Below, in pieces: positions 1 to 13,595 of a stretch of DNA of 64,000 nt (positions are counted from its first letter, which is position 1; each line of letters begins with the position of its first letter). The position numbers were made by a program, and so were the translations under genes. This stretch comes from Kudoa neothunni (Eukaryota > Animalia > Cnidaria), in assembly GCA_964304625.1 (NCBI GenBank), contig OZ199838.1, positions 2,581,702 through 2,645,701 on the forward strand, read 5' to 3'. The notes below the pieces were generated by a model. The model ran no database searches and was not told where the DNA came from. It worked only from the letters and a program-made list of their open reading frames with translations.

Positions 1-194
1 ATTTTTAGTGTCTGCTGATGCGGAGAGGTTAACTTCAACATATCCATCTTGGGCAAGTTCTTTCTGGAGGAAGGCATCAATTTCGGCCAATCTGAGACCG
101 TCACTGATAAACTAATGTTCGGACAATTAGAATTGATAAAACTAATAACAATTAGATAGGTTACTTGTTTCTTTAGAGATAACTTTTGCGACAT
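1..194 (-). CDS. RPS3: 40S ribosomal protein S3 (uS3), 5' part, runs off the window
   Basis: ATG at 194, exon 194-165, GT-AG intron 164-112, exon 111-1. Translation MSQKLSLKKQ|FISDGLRLAEIDAFLQKELAQDGYVEVNL matches the uS3 N-terminus ([30 protein letters not shown]). Absent from the ORF track. Confidence 0.88.
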   Translation of the reverse strand, partial: MSQKLSLKKQVTYLIVISFINSNCPNISLSVTVSDWPKLMPSSRKNLPKMDMLKLTSPHQQTLK

Positions 195-293
195 ACTTAC
201 TCAATGTAACACACACTAACGGCAGAGGCGATTTGGTAAACTCGTGACACCGAAAATGGCCGAAGTAATAAAACGGTGACAATCGACGCTGTT

Positions 294-1406
294 ATGCGAG
301 AACGATCAGAGGTTGACACCGCTTGGTGTAAATATCAGTTTATTCGCAGTGGGTTGGAGAATGCGTTAGGTAACGCTAATTCACCTGTCGAAATCAACGA
401 ACACATAGACACCTTCAAACTTTTTATGCGCGATCAGGCTTCATGTCTGCCTTCAAATCTCTTGAAGCAGGTTCAACAATACTACAGAGATGTTCTTGAG
501 TTGTTTCATTCGAAAACTGGGACGGGGAAAAATTTTAAGTTCAATCACAGATCTCGTGTTGAAAAGCCGTTGGATGTGATTTTAAATCATTTTTTCTCGG
601 TTTAATATTTATCATGAAGAGAGTAGTTTTATCTGATCAAACAACATCTTTAACAGGCTCCCAAACAGAAAATTTGTCAAGCGAAACTCTTCCACCAAAT
701 TTAGTTTGCGGCCAGTTGTCACCCTATCAAATGGATCAGCTTACGATAGATCTTGATGATAATGCACATCAAATAATCTATCTTAATGTCAGCGGGCGCA
801 CCGATGCTCACCTTGGTGGGTTTAAGTTGAAATCCCTGTCGAATCGGATAATACTCGTGAAGAGTAGTTTCTCGTTGAATACCGCTACTTTAACTGATTT
901 GAAAAATGTTCGTGTTGTTATTCCAAATGGTGTAGATCACTCCATTCTTGTGGAGAATGCTATGAATTCTGTGTTTGTGATAGAATGTCAACAGTTGAGA
1001 CTGAGGAATTGTCACAATTGCCAATTTTATGTCTCAATCACGGGTGTTAGTCCATCGGGTGGTGGTATTGTCCTCGAATCATCATCATTGTGTTACTTTG
1101 GTAATAAAGTACCTGTTATTTCGAATGGTAAAGGTAATTCTACCTTTCTGTCGATGGTTAAATGCCACTCAATTATTAGATAGAACAGTTGTTTCTTCCT
1201 TGAGTGAATGTCTAGAAAAGCGTTTACTATTGTGCGATAAAAATGACGAGTTCAATCTATCAATTGTTAATGATTTTGATTGGATTGGTCGTGTAGAAAA
1301 ATCTCCAAATGTTTTCCCTGTTGGAAGCCATTCGTCTTGTTTGATTGCGGTGTGTTTTGACGGCGACATTCCTGGTGGCGTAAAATTTCTAGAGTTAACC
1401 GCTTGA
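294..1406 (+). CDS. TBCC: Tubulin-specific chaperone C
   Basis: Introns 576-619 and 1134-1179 join three ORF-track fragments. Shows a TBCC_N-like helix (ASCLPSNLLKQ...KNFKF), the CQQLRL motif with the catalytic Arg, and C-terminal VNDFDWIGRVEKSPN (cf. VDDFNWL...SPNW). Start codon tentative. Confidence 0.88.
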
Positions 1407-3483
1407 ATATGATTTTTTTGTTTTATACATCCCAATATTTATCTTTCATCAAAATTTGAATGATTTGCGTGCATTTTATATTTGGTATTTAAACTATAAA
1501 AATTATTATCATATGGTGCAATCCGTGCTTATCGATTGACTTAGACTTTTATGATATTTGCGAAAATTAATCCCTACCCTAGAGTGTAATTAATGTAATT
1601 TTTCGGTTATTGCAGTTTAATTTAGTTAGCTCTTTGAACCCCAATATTGCGAATGGCAACATTTTAATTTTGTGATTGTTTTAACGATTTAATTACATTT
1701 TTTAAATATATCCTTATTATAGTAATATAGTTAATGTTTATTTGATTTTATAAAAATGAATTATGAAAACTTGTATATTTTATATCTAGAGCAGTACAGA
1801 TGAATATCCAACTCCACGGCAAGTATAAAAAAGGCTAATAGTACCGTGCGATTGAACTTAGAGTTTGGAGGTTTCAGCAAAATTAAAAAATATACACGTA
1901 TACCATTAAATAAGTTTATTCAACAAATGAATCCAAGAAGAAAATATGTTTTGATGTGTATACTATACAGAAAGATTAATCCATGTTGCCATTTGGCGCC
2001 ATGTGTGTATCTTTTTAATTTTTGAAATGAGTGCTTCAATTTTTGTATTTTTTATTTAAAATTAAACATAATGAACAAACAAAATTAGTTCAGCCGCTGA
2101 ATTAAATTCGAGGTTCAGTTCAAAGGGTTTGGATACATTTTTATATTATTTAAATTGCACATTGTGAGCAGAGAAAGAATTTTGACTTGTTGTGATTCGT
2201 TGTTATATGGGAATCTTACCTATGCTTATTCCATACTTATTCCATAAAAAATGGATAAAGAATTTATTTCTTATCGAAATTATTTTTTGAATTTTTAAGC
2301 CAAGTTATGCTAAATATCGAGTGGTATGGATTTTTTAAGGTTTTTAAAGTTGTAAACACATTTTGTGTAAAATGGAGGGAAATAAGTCAAATTTAAGACC
2401 ATCTTTACTAGAAATGAAGGAGTTCACTATTACGTGAAATATTTTTGTAATTTATATAACGCTTAGTAAATTCGTTAACACTGATTTAAAGATAATTTTC
2501 AAGGTATTTCTTCAATCCTTGATGATGCATTGGCATTTATCCTTGCAATTATGGACGCTTATATTTATTAAATTTGACAATTTAAATTGACAAATATATT
2601 TGAATGTCGAACTTAATTCTGCTCTCACAAAAACAGAATTAAAAAAACAAATTTTTTTCGAAGGATATTTGCACGCTCATTGATGATTATTTTAGTTTTT
2701 TCATAAAACTGACTTTTTTATATTATTTATTATTCAATTTAATCGTTCCGCAAAGTTTGCTTAAATTGAGATTTTGGAAATTGTCTGGTCTATACAGTCC
2801 AGTCTTTACTCGATTTTGCTCACTTTGTGAAAAGTTATTTTATTGTAATTCTATACGTTCCTAATGCTTACACGAGCAATATATTCAAGATGACGTTAGT
2901 TTTAGTGTAAATAATTGACTATAAATGATGCAAAACAAATACTTAAATGCACGTGACACGTCGATTTTACACACTTTTTTAGACACTCTGTTGATTGATG
3001 TAGCATTATTACCTGGAAAATTTGAAATATTATGATAAACAGAGATGAAATCATAGAATATTTTGAAAATCTTCCATTTAAAAACGTTAAAATAGCTACT
3101 AAAACATTTCAACATACAAATATAGTAATTTTAAATGGAATTATTAAAGAAATGAATCATATTTCCCATTAAATTAAAAGTTTCAATCGTTTTCGACTAT
3201 TGTTAAAATTGGAAAATGATATTTTATGTTGTTGAGGATCGAAATTTGGCGCAATCCAAAATAATTGATTGTTGCAAAAATTGAAACTAATTATCAATTG
3301 ATTTTTGCCTACCATAGAATTTTTATTTATTTCTGTCATGGCGATAAAAAGGAGCTCCAATTTTTCTTCTACGTACTAAACATAAGGCGTTGATTGCGCA
3401 ACATTCAATCAACCGATTTTACACAAAATTTTATATTGGCCTAGAAATGATTATGAAAAATCGGTTATCTACTTTATTATCAA

Positions 3484-4469
3484 CTAGCTGGAACTGCCCA
3501 GCGTTGCTTGGGGAAGATTTCACCTAGAGGCATTTTTTAATAGCATTCAAAAAATATATTGAAATCTCGAATTAACCCATAGAAACAAAATATCTAAAAA
3601 TTTTTAATCAACTTACTATAACGATTTGGATTATGTAATTTAAATTATTATAATTTCTGTGAAGGAAAGTATCAATCCCGGCGTCCATTTAAAAATAGAA
3701 AAAATAAAAGAGATAGAAGAAAACTTATGAAAATTAATCGATATTGTTAAAATTAGCATTGTTTAACTAGGCATAAACATACATGCGCTTTTATCATAAA
3801 CAATTTAAATAATTTGGTGAAATAAAAGTACAACCATCCGCATTGAATTTAATCACATAAAGTAAAACTTAGCGGACAATTTAATGAAACCTATGAACGC
3901 AGTATTTCCATTATAACGCTTCAATCAACGTAACTTTAACGTTCTCCACGAATTCGTTATTTATGAAACATATATAGATTTTTTACCACATTTAAAACCA
4001 TTAATAGAACTTATAAAATATACTTATCAAGTCATATACGTTAAAACTCCGCAAATAAGGAGTGTGTTTAAACAGACACCCAAATAGAAATGCCAACCTT
4101 ATATATAAAGATAGATAGATAGATAGAAGCAGTTAATGAACATATGATGGAGCATATAAAGAAGATAGTTAACTTCAACCGACCATAATCATGAAATAAG
4201 CAAGTGCTAATCCTACTATAGTTGAACTCATTTAATCCGAAAAACAAACTTTAAACCGACAAAATCACTATTTCATAAATACTTTTTGGAAGCTTTAGTA
4301 GTCCGAAAACAATTAAACGATTTTTTAAATATTACAAATTTATAAAAATTTTATATATGGCTCTCTATAAGGAAAAAATTATCCGCACATGCGTACTTAG
4401 GGACATACATACACTGACACATACACAAACAAACATACCGACAGAACTCTTTTATATATATATAAAGGA
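3484..4469 (-). mobile_element. Non-autonomous Helitron-like element, possibly composite
   Basis: On the minus strand the 5' end reads A|TCCTTTATATATATAAAAGAG followed by a (TGTT/TGTA)-rich stretch. The 3' end has hairpin CCCA-agcaacgc-TGGG about 9 nt before CTAG|T, fitting an A|T target. A second TC-TTTATATATA 5'-like end with (GATA)n lies at about 4111. Confidence 0.6.
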
Positions 4470-5752
4470 TAATTATCTGGAAATAAATTTTTTCCATTTG
4501 AAATATTATTCATATCCCCCCAACAAATAATATTTAAATTACTTTTAGAACTTCAACATCACTAGCCATAATACATAAAGATACGTTTTTATTTAAAAAG
4601 CTGTGAAACACGAGCGTGGAGGCTTCACGGAGTTTACTGAATACGCATGCGCCACCAACAAATAAATCAGCCCTTCTCAACTGAAATTGGACTCGCACCC
4701 CCATTTGATGACAAAACGAGATTCGCGCACACCTTTGCATACGATAAGGTGTAACTGACTTAAAATTTCTCAAAAATTATTTTCAATTTTGATCGGATCT
4801 CGCACCTTTGAGACCAAAGTTAACATCCCTAACGTGTGGACACCCCTAGTTGGGAACCCTTAAAATACATAAAAAGGCACTAGAGTAAGAAAACTTATTA
4901 ATATAATTTTTTGATTTCGAGTTATTCCCTCCCTCTCCTAAGAATAGACAACCCACACATGTGGTTTATACCGATCTATAGCAATAGTCGGTGTCTAAAA
5001 AGACGATCTTCGAAAATTACTTAATAGTTCGACAATGATAATCGACGAATATAGATTATAATCAAAAATTGCTAGGGCATGATGGCATATAATTAATATT
5101 TAAATGGATTATTCTAAAATATGCATGAATACACCTTTTCCGTTTTATTTTAATAAATCAATATTAAACTATAAAGGGTACAGTTATTTAATTCAATATT
5201 AAAAAATAACAAACTTAATATACTTTGTGATACAATTTCGTGCGATAATTGAAGCTAAAATTTGGGTCAAATTTAGCAATTAAGTTATTATACAGATAAT
5301 ATTTTCAAATTAAAACAAAAAATAATTTATTATAAAAATTTTCTTTTAAAATATTTCGACTACATTTTCAATTGATTTCCATATCGTAGCCATTTTGTGG
5401 ACTTCAAAATCAAATATGTAACTAATCAAGAGTTAATAGTTAATGGTGCGCGTAGTTGTGGGCAACTTTTAGAACAAAAGATATAAATCACATTTTTAGA
5501 CAAGCTTACTTACAAATTCTGGAACGTAAAAATCAGGCCTATAATTATGAATTTTTAGTTTTCACCTCAAAATCCAAAATATCATATTAATACGCGAGGT
5601 TTATGGATCCCCCTCATAAATACCTCATAAACAGCATGTGAGCGACATTGACTTATGTTAAGTTGGGATGCGAAGTTCTAGGATTAAAATTATACACACT
5701 AATAGAAAAAGAACATTTTTAATCTTAAAAATTATAATAATATAAATAGTTA

Positions 5753-6475
5753 TTAATTTAGGTTGTAATCATGTGCCTGTGGATCAAAGAATGGATGTAA
5801 TTGATTAAGATTAGGGCCTCCATTAGTGTTGTTTTTGCAGTAAGAAAATTTCCCAATTTTGCCTTCGAAAGCGAGTGCTAGGATAGTATTGAGATACTCC
5901 TAGAGAAGTGAATCAACGAAACGAATTAATTCTATAAAAATGTTCAATTAATTTTATCTCCTACCTCTAATACCACTTTCCTATATCTGAGAAGAGAATC
6001 GTTTGGTATTTGAGATAGTTTGTGAGGGAAAAAACAATTGTTCACCTAATATTAAATAAAATCAAAACACCTTAATTATTGTTACACTGGGAGATATTGC
6101 ACATAAGTCTGTGTGAAGTTTTCTAAATGAATTGTACCGTCGCCATATTTCATAAAAAGCATGTTTCACCTTGACCTACATTCGTGAAAATTGTAAACTC
6201 AATCTCAATGTGACCGAATAGAATCGGCTACTTTAACACAAAACTGATTAAATGATGAAGTTTCTAAGGAAACAGAACGATATCCAGTGATTTTTGCAGC
6301 AACAGGCACACTTTGGTATGCTTTGATTCTCTCTATAAAATTTTCCACGCACACCGGTACGTCAATGTTCTCGACTTCGTTATAGAAATTCTAGTTAAAA
6401 AATAGAATTAAAAATTTTCCTAAAAAATCACCTTTTCCATCGATTCAATGCTCTCAGTATCATCATCAACCGACT

Positions 6476-6507
<32 letters not shown>

Positions 6508-7381
6508 TGTATCAATTAAAGTAAAAAATCTCTCCAAAAAGTCAAATACTATGTTGTGTTGTTTACGAAGTGAATCATTTGCATTTCTATTCCTAAAATA
6601 CAGATTGAAAAAATCTACAAAAAATAAAATAAACTCAAATATACATCTGCACCGCAGTGTCCAATTTTTCAGACATTTGACGAATTTCCTTGATATTGGT
6701 TTGGATTTGAGTTTTTAATTTACTATAATGTGAATCTCCCTCACATACTATTAATGAAATATTTCCATCAGGTTTCGAAGAATGTGACTTAATGTCTTTA
6801 TCTTCAGTTGAAATAGCCCCTTCAGGGTGAGAGTTAGCTCCACAAATAAGAGCTGTTTCCGCGATAAAAAACAACTAAAATTATTTAATAATTACCATAT
6901 TTAATATTGTAATCACTTCTAAAATCTTTCTATAGATCACAATCATACTAGTATTGTCTTTGAGGCAATGTCGATTGAAAAAGTTGTGTGTAAATTGAAT
7001 TTTGGTGTTTTCCAGCATTGTCATCTCATACTCTAGAGACTTTTGATATGTGACAATATCTCTCGACCACAGCTGTACAAATATGAATCTCATTCGATCA
7101 TTTTCTTGATGAAATTTGTGAATATAATCTTCAAATTGAACCCATTTTGAGGTGGCCCCACTAATCATTGATTCATCAGTTATATCGTCCAATATCTTTT
7201 TCTCTTCTTCCACATTATTGTTTTGTTGTACTAAAGATGGATTCTCTTTTGTTTCCTCGTCCGATCGTTCCATACACATCCCACATTTTATTAGTAACTT
7301 AAGTAGGTTTTTGTGTTCCTTGGTGACTTTATTATACTGAGTAACTAGATTATCGATGTCATTGTTTGAATTGTGTCCCAT
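5753..7381 (-). CDS. Coiled-coil protein with C-terminal PX domain (sorting nexin-29-like, no RUN domain)
   Basis: Manual splicing over about 6 short introns gives ...KVKHAFYEIWRRYNSFRKLHTDLCAISPS|VNNCFFPHKL...RYRKVVLE|EYLNTIL...LNQLHPFF. This carries the PX signatures RRY, FPxK and R..LEEYL and an SNX29-like L.QL.PFF end. Stop TAA at 5755-5753. Confidence 0.75.
6478..6502. repeat. (AAT)n microsatellite within an intron
   Basis: aataataataataataataataataa read directly. Confidence 0.9.
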
Positions 7382-7447
7382 TTAATATTCAGTAAAGCGG
7401 AAGTAAAATAAATAAAAAGTAAAAATAATTCTTATTGATTGACGAAA

Positions 7448-7458
7448 TGCGCGTGCGT
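7448..7458. promoter_or_regulatory. NRF1/EWG-like GC motif in the bidirectional promoter
   Basis: TGCGCGTGCGT lies between the divergent PX-protein and RRP36 start codons and resembles YGCGCAYGCGCR. Confidence 0.4.
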
Positions 7459-7609
7459 AAGTGTTAGTAAGTGGAGATTTCTCGTGTTATTTACTCAAAC
7501 ATCTAAGAGTCGCATTAGTTTTGTAAAAATATTATTAATTTTAATTTTATGAATTTAAAGGATCAAATTTAGCTCATCATAAAGGTGTTTATAGTTTGCG
7601 TAACTAGAA

Positions 7610-8743
7610 ATGGATGGAGATACAGTAATTTTTATATTAACTGCTTACATGTATTAAAAATTAATTCGCTGATATTGATTATTATATTAGGCTGACCAAA
7701 GACGAAGTAATTCTGAGTTGGGACATATGTGTAATTAAATTGAATATTTGTACGTAGAGCTGTCAAATGTTCCACTGTGTGAGTTGGTAAAGGCTCAAAA
7801 AGAATTGGGTGTTAAAAAGTTAGTTTTAATATTTAAGTTATGAGTTTATTTTTTCCATTACAATTATAATAGAACCCAACAAATACTATTATTCAATAAT
7901 GAAGCGGAGATGGAGGCGGAATCAGGTTTCTCCTCAGTACAATCACTAAAAAGAGATCATCGCTCAGCTCGTAAACCAATGATGCCTGGAAAAATAAAAT
8001 CTGAAGCGTAATAACAAATATTTTTTGAGAGGTTTTGTATGAAGGTTATTGGTTGTAGCCCATTGGAAATATCGGCGAAAGTCCGAGCCAAACCACAACC
8101 TCTCAATATTATGAAAGTGAAGAAGACAGTATAGCGATTACTGAGCAAAAATTAGTTGTTAAAAATGCGTTTTGCAGATCAAAATAGATCCTAGATATGG
8201 GGAAAGATTCGGCAAATTTGATGAGGATAAATTCAACAAAGCCTATGGTTTCATTGATGAACTTCGCCAGTCAGAATTAACTGTACTCTAATGAGATAAT
8301 TCAGCTAATTCAAAATTTTTTATTTATTAGGCGGTTCAAAAAAAATTAAGAAAAACCAAAAATAACGAAGAAAAGGATAAACTTAAACAATTTCAAAAAT
8401 CAGCTGTATTTATTTCTAGAAACTAATTTATAATTTTTTACAATCAGCTAAACCGAATCGCTTCTCAAAAAGATAAAGCCTCCTCGAAACAAGTGGAGAA
8501 ACTTATTAGAAATAAAGAAAAAGAAATATCCTCGAAATCAAATTCTCCCTTCTATTTCAAAAATAGTAGATTTGAGTTGGTGAATCCAATTTAATGGTTT
8601 TAGGTGTGAAAAAACAGTTTTACTTTGCGCATAAATTCTCTCAACTGAAACAACAAGGTAAACTGGACAAATACCTACAAAAGAAACGCGTTAAAGTTGG
8701 AAAAATCGAATCGAGACGTCCATATGATAATGTGAACCAATAG
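7610..8743 (+). CDS. RRP36: rRNA biogenesis protein RRP36
   Basis: Nine small exons, missed by the ORF track. Motifs PLEISAK, IDPRYGERFGKFDEDKFNKAYGFIDELRQSE, SPFYFKNS and LKQQGKLDKYLQKKR match the RRP36 family. Stop TAG at 8741-8743. Confidence 0.85.
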
Positions 8744-11700
8744 TTTAATTTAGAAATGTACATTTTATTTTTTTAATTGTTCGCTACTTCTCTTTATTTG
8801 CAATACATTCAATGCATTATGAAATCTCGTTATCGAATTATATATTGATTTATACCGTTTTTATTGTAAGGCGAATTAAGTCCATATTATGCTTAAGAAT
8901 TACTCCTATGAATTTATTGGGAAATAGTGGTTTATTTTCTAATTGAGATCGTTAACTTATTAAAATATAAGATAGAAAAATTTATTATTGATATTTCGAG
9001 TACATTTTTGTAAATTTTATTTAAATTATTTTTTTTATGATTTTTTACAAATTACTTTCTTATCATTTTAAACTAATGTAGTGAGTTTAAGAATGTACAG
9101 ATCCAATTTATCGACCTTTTTTATATATGTTAATGATAAATGACAATAAATTCAATAGATCCCTTCTCCAAAGAATCATTTTTATAGTTGTGTTCACAAA
9201 AAACTTAATCAAAGAAGAATTTCGGTGTCGGTTGTTTATTCTAATGTCTACAGCTTTTTTGGCTCGGCTATAACGAAAAAATCGTCGTCTTAAGATAATT
9301 ACGTTGATGAATTGGATGTTTTCCCCCGCTAAATGCTTTGATAGATAAAATAATTAACTTAAACAGTTAGTTACGATTATTTCTACAGTAAATATCTACT
9401 ATAACGTAACGTTTTCCGAGTAAGTATGGGAGGGGTAGGTAAAACTACACAGTGATAGACCTGTCGTACATAGCACCGCCCGCACCTAACACCCACACTA
9501 GTTATTTTACATATTGAAAAGGTTCACTCATATTTAAAATGATTTTAAAAATTATATAATGTTAGTATTACTCGCTTTAAATAATTTATAAACATAATTA
9601 CTATGAAAATTCTCTCACCATATTTTTGGCCTATACAGCATATAACCGCGTATTTTTCACACTTGTAGCAACAGTTACTTAATTTGTATTAAATACTAAA
9701 TATTAGATTATAAAATTATATTATTTGAAATTCTGACAAATTAACTAATGGATGTCTTAAAAACAACATCGAATTCATAACTTAAATAGGGAGCATATAT
9801 TCACTGATTTAACTGCGAGTATCTTCAAACTTTTCGCTAAATAGAAAACATTATTGAAGAATGATTAACACACCACGAATAAACTTTATTATAATTTATG
9901 AATTTATAATTTAATTATGTAATTTATTATTTTTTTTTCTTCCTGAGTTTAGTGCAGTCACACTAAAACCACTTAGTCTTCATACCGCTTTTAGCTTTTT
10001 AGGATGTGTAAGATTTACGTAAAATGTAGGATGACCCATTGAATCTGAAATCAGAATATTTTATTAGATTTGGTTGAGTTATATTGCCCAATAAATTAAT
10101 ACACAGTGATCTAATCGGATCCCAATTCATTTCAAAATATAAATTAAAATCCCCAATGTTTAGCTGTCGAGCTCAGCACACATTCTCTGATAATCATGTT
10201 AATTTTAAGGAAGATGATTTTTTGAAGAGTTTCCAGCATCAAATATTTTAAAATCACGGGTGGTGTTATATTTAGATGGCAATAGTTGCCACAAAAAATT
10301 TTTCCAAACGTGAAATTTACAAATAATTGGCTCAGCGCTAAGGAAAAAATTTCTTTAAGATTTTCCGGAGTTTTAAATCTTTATCAGTGCTTACAGAAAG
10401 TATCTCCTCATTTATTAATGACAAAATAAATATTCATTCATAAATACACCAGTTTTAAACAACTTTTTTCTTTATAAATAATACTGACATTACTTTATGA
10501 CTCGTTCTATGGGAAATCATTAACTGTTAGGTATTGGAGAACACTGAAAAATGTTTAATATAATTGAGAGTTCAGAAATGAATAAAGTGTGAATATTGAG
10601 TTTTTTCACGTGAATCCAGTAATTTATTGGATGGATAAACACACAGTAGTTCTAGAAAAAAAGAAAAAATCTTGTTCATCTCATCATCTATAAATACTAT
10701 TGTACAAAGTTGATTCGCATCCCGAGTCAGAATTTAACATCACAGCTGTAATCCATGGCTAAAATTTTATTAATATAGTTCATTTTATTTCGTTGGGAAG
10801 AAATATTTTTCGTATTGTGTATGGAATTGAGTATACCTATTTTACCGGTTTCTTAATGTATTTTAGATTACAGATTTATTAGTTAACAAGCATAGAGATT
10901 AATTCTGATATTAGTTTATCTTGCGATCTGATTTACGTTGTGGCAGTAAACACTTGAGATTTACCTAATTTGTTTTGTGGTTATATTCTATGTATATAAA
11001 TTTTACTTCAAGTGTTTTCCCGTCGGAGCTCATTCCTATCATAATATGAGTCTGGCCGGTCCCCAGTAAAGTTTTATTCTCTCTTACAACCCCTAGTCTC
11101 TTATGATAATGATGATCAAAATAGAAAATGTACTTTATAATAGTATTTCAATTTCTTATTAAATTTTTTCGAAGGCAACTCGCTTGACATAGATAATGTT
11201 TTAATCTCTTTTTATTAAGTCACATCATGATTCTTTTTCGTATGACTATATATTCTTCTAGTTGACTAAAAAGGCTGAATTTGCTTTTACATAAATGAGG
11301 AAAAATTATTAATGATTATAATCATTAATATTAAATATAAATTATAATTCATAATTATTACAAGTTTTTTATGTTTATTTTCATAACACTTTAACATACT
11401 TTTTTAGCGCCATCCGTTTTAAAGTATCCAAGTAAGTCCGATAAAATATTATTAACCTAAAATTGAGATACTAAATAACTTTTAATCAACAACAAAGAGT
11501 TTATATATGCATGTTTTGTACTTATAATAGATTTTATATAGTTTAGGCGACCTGAGGTTGGATCATCTATTTCCAGGCTCAAAACAGCCTGGAAACACTC
11601 AGTTATGATAATATAACATCAGATATTATTTCAATGATCGCTATTTGCATATAAATAAACCAATATTTTATACTTTTAAGCCATAAATTATTATTAAAAC

Positions 11701-12170
11701 CAACTTAAAAGGCTGATTTTGAACGTGAAATCCATACAATAAATTTTAACACGAAAATTTAAAATTTAATCAGAAAAAAAATATGTTTAAGTAGTAACGA
11801 AAATTATAGGTCTAAGCATTTTCCGAATTAGGAGAAATTGGAATTCTTGGCAATAGACAGTCCCGACATGGAATTATCGCTAGCGTGGTAATAGCCACTG
11901 CCATGAAAAAATGAGCGATAAAAAGTCATGTGTGGATCGGTCGTACGTACCTTTTTGCTTGGACCGTGTAATTAAATTTAGCGTTTTCTTTCTTTTTCCT
12001 AACACAGATAAACAATTAGTAAGTTAATATGGTTCCACAATGTGGCATCTAGTTGAAAAATGAAAGATAAACATAGACAAATGCTGTATATTGAGATTGC
12101 TAGACTCGTATGTGCAGTGACACAATTGAAAAACAAAGCTTTGGCGGGAAAGGATAATTCCAATAATAAG

Positions 12171-13590
12171 GATGTTCTATTAAAAACACAACGCGGAAGT
12201 GATAAAATTCTGCACGATGGATTTGTACGTTAAAGATTACGCCAAGAATAACACACAATGTTGGAGATGTGACGTCAGGAAACGTAAGGGTCGATTATCG
12301 ACGACGTTTAGTGATAAATTGATAACATCGAGAAAAGAGGTTATCACGACCACCATATCTGATGAAGAAATCAATAAAAAGAGTTTCATCGGTGACGAAA
12401 AATTACTGGCTGAAAATAGTCATTATTCAACCTCCAAAATTTATTCAATAAAAACGACATCAAACAAAATAAGTGAAATATCCATAATCCCCCAAAAAAG
12501 TTGACAAAAACATCCAGAACGCTCGAAAGAGAAATCATGTCACTGTGGACCCGGAAATCGATTTAAGTAAACAAAACATTGTTACTCATAGACAAGAACA
12601 GTTTTGTTTGTATGAGTCTAGATCCAAATCGGCCAATAGAATTTTAATATCCACAACAGATAATACTATACTACATCTAAATAACTGCGAAACGTGAGCA
12701 TCTGATGGTACGTTTAGCGTGGCCCCTAATGAATTTTATCAAGTGTACATAATCCACGGAAAGATATTTGGCAGAATTTTTCCATTGATTTTGGTCTTAA
12801 TGGCGGATAAATATAAATCCCTAGAGAGCTATGAAAAGGTTTTTTTGATATTAAAAGAAAAGACAAACAATCAATCTCCCAAAAGTATTATAATTGATTT
12901 CGAACGTCCCGCTTCCAATGATTTAAAAAAGCATCAAAACATTATAACACATTTTATTGTTTATTTTATTTTGGGAAATGTATATGGGGGGAAATCCAAA
13001 ATTTAGATTTGAAGACCAGATATTTGTGATATATCAGTAATCGGGCGCAGATGCGAAGACATCTTAGCTGAGTACATTGGTGGTTGTTTTGGCAGTGTGA
13101 GTTTATTGGAGCGTCATATATAACACTATTGAGATGATTCTGGAATTCCACCTGTTTATCAAGTGTTTACATCGTTAGCCTTTGCACAGCCCTATAAAAT
13201 AAGACAAATTTGAAAAATCCAAAAATCTTGAGATAAATGAATTATCTTTGTATATTGATTATTTTGACAAAAATTGTATTCAAACATACAAGTATCAAAA
13301 TTTATCATAAGGTGCGTATGAAAGATTAATGGATGGAATTGATCTAACAACTTCCGCTGCCGAGAATGTTCATCGCTATTTTTACGGTTGTCTTGATCAA
13401 GTGCGTACTGGATTGCCAATATTCATTGAGAAATTAAAAGAGACGCAGAGCCTTATTGAACAAAATATTAATTTTCTGATATACCAATCCTTCTTCATCA
13501 GGCAATTTAAAGAAAGAAGAAAAGTTTACCAAATTAAAGGAAATAACGTCGAATTATCACCGATATTACGGATTTTTTTATCCAGAGAGC
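12171..13590 (+). pseudogene. Degenerate Mutator (MULE) transposase with FLYWCH-like N-terminus
   Basis: Fragments KTQRGSDKILHDGF / QCWRC, DGTFSVAPNEFYQVYIIHG...FPLILVLM, PKSIIIDFE and TTSAAENVHR, with several stops and frameshifts. Confidence 0.8.
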
Positions 13591-13595
13591 ATAGT

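Noticed and set aside
4785-4840. tRNA gene-like sequence
   Set aside because: Only a degenerate B-box-like stretch with no cloverleaf; at most a SINE relic.
8457-8467. ATCGCTTCTC match to the U2 snRNA 5' end
   Set aside because: Only 10 nt, inside an RRP36 exon, with no further U2 similarity.
9970-11200. Possible LINE remnant (NIGDFN and PWIT-like peptides on the minus strand)
   Set aside because: Isolated short motifs in the wrong order, with no RT signature.
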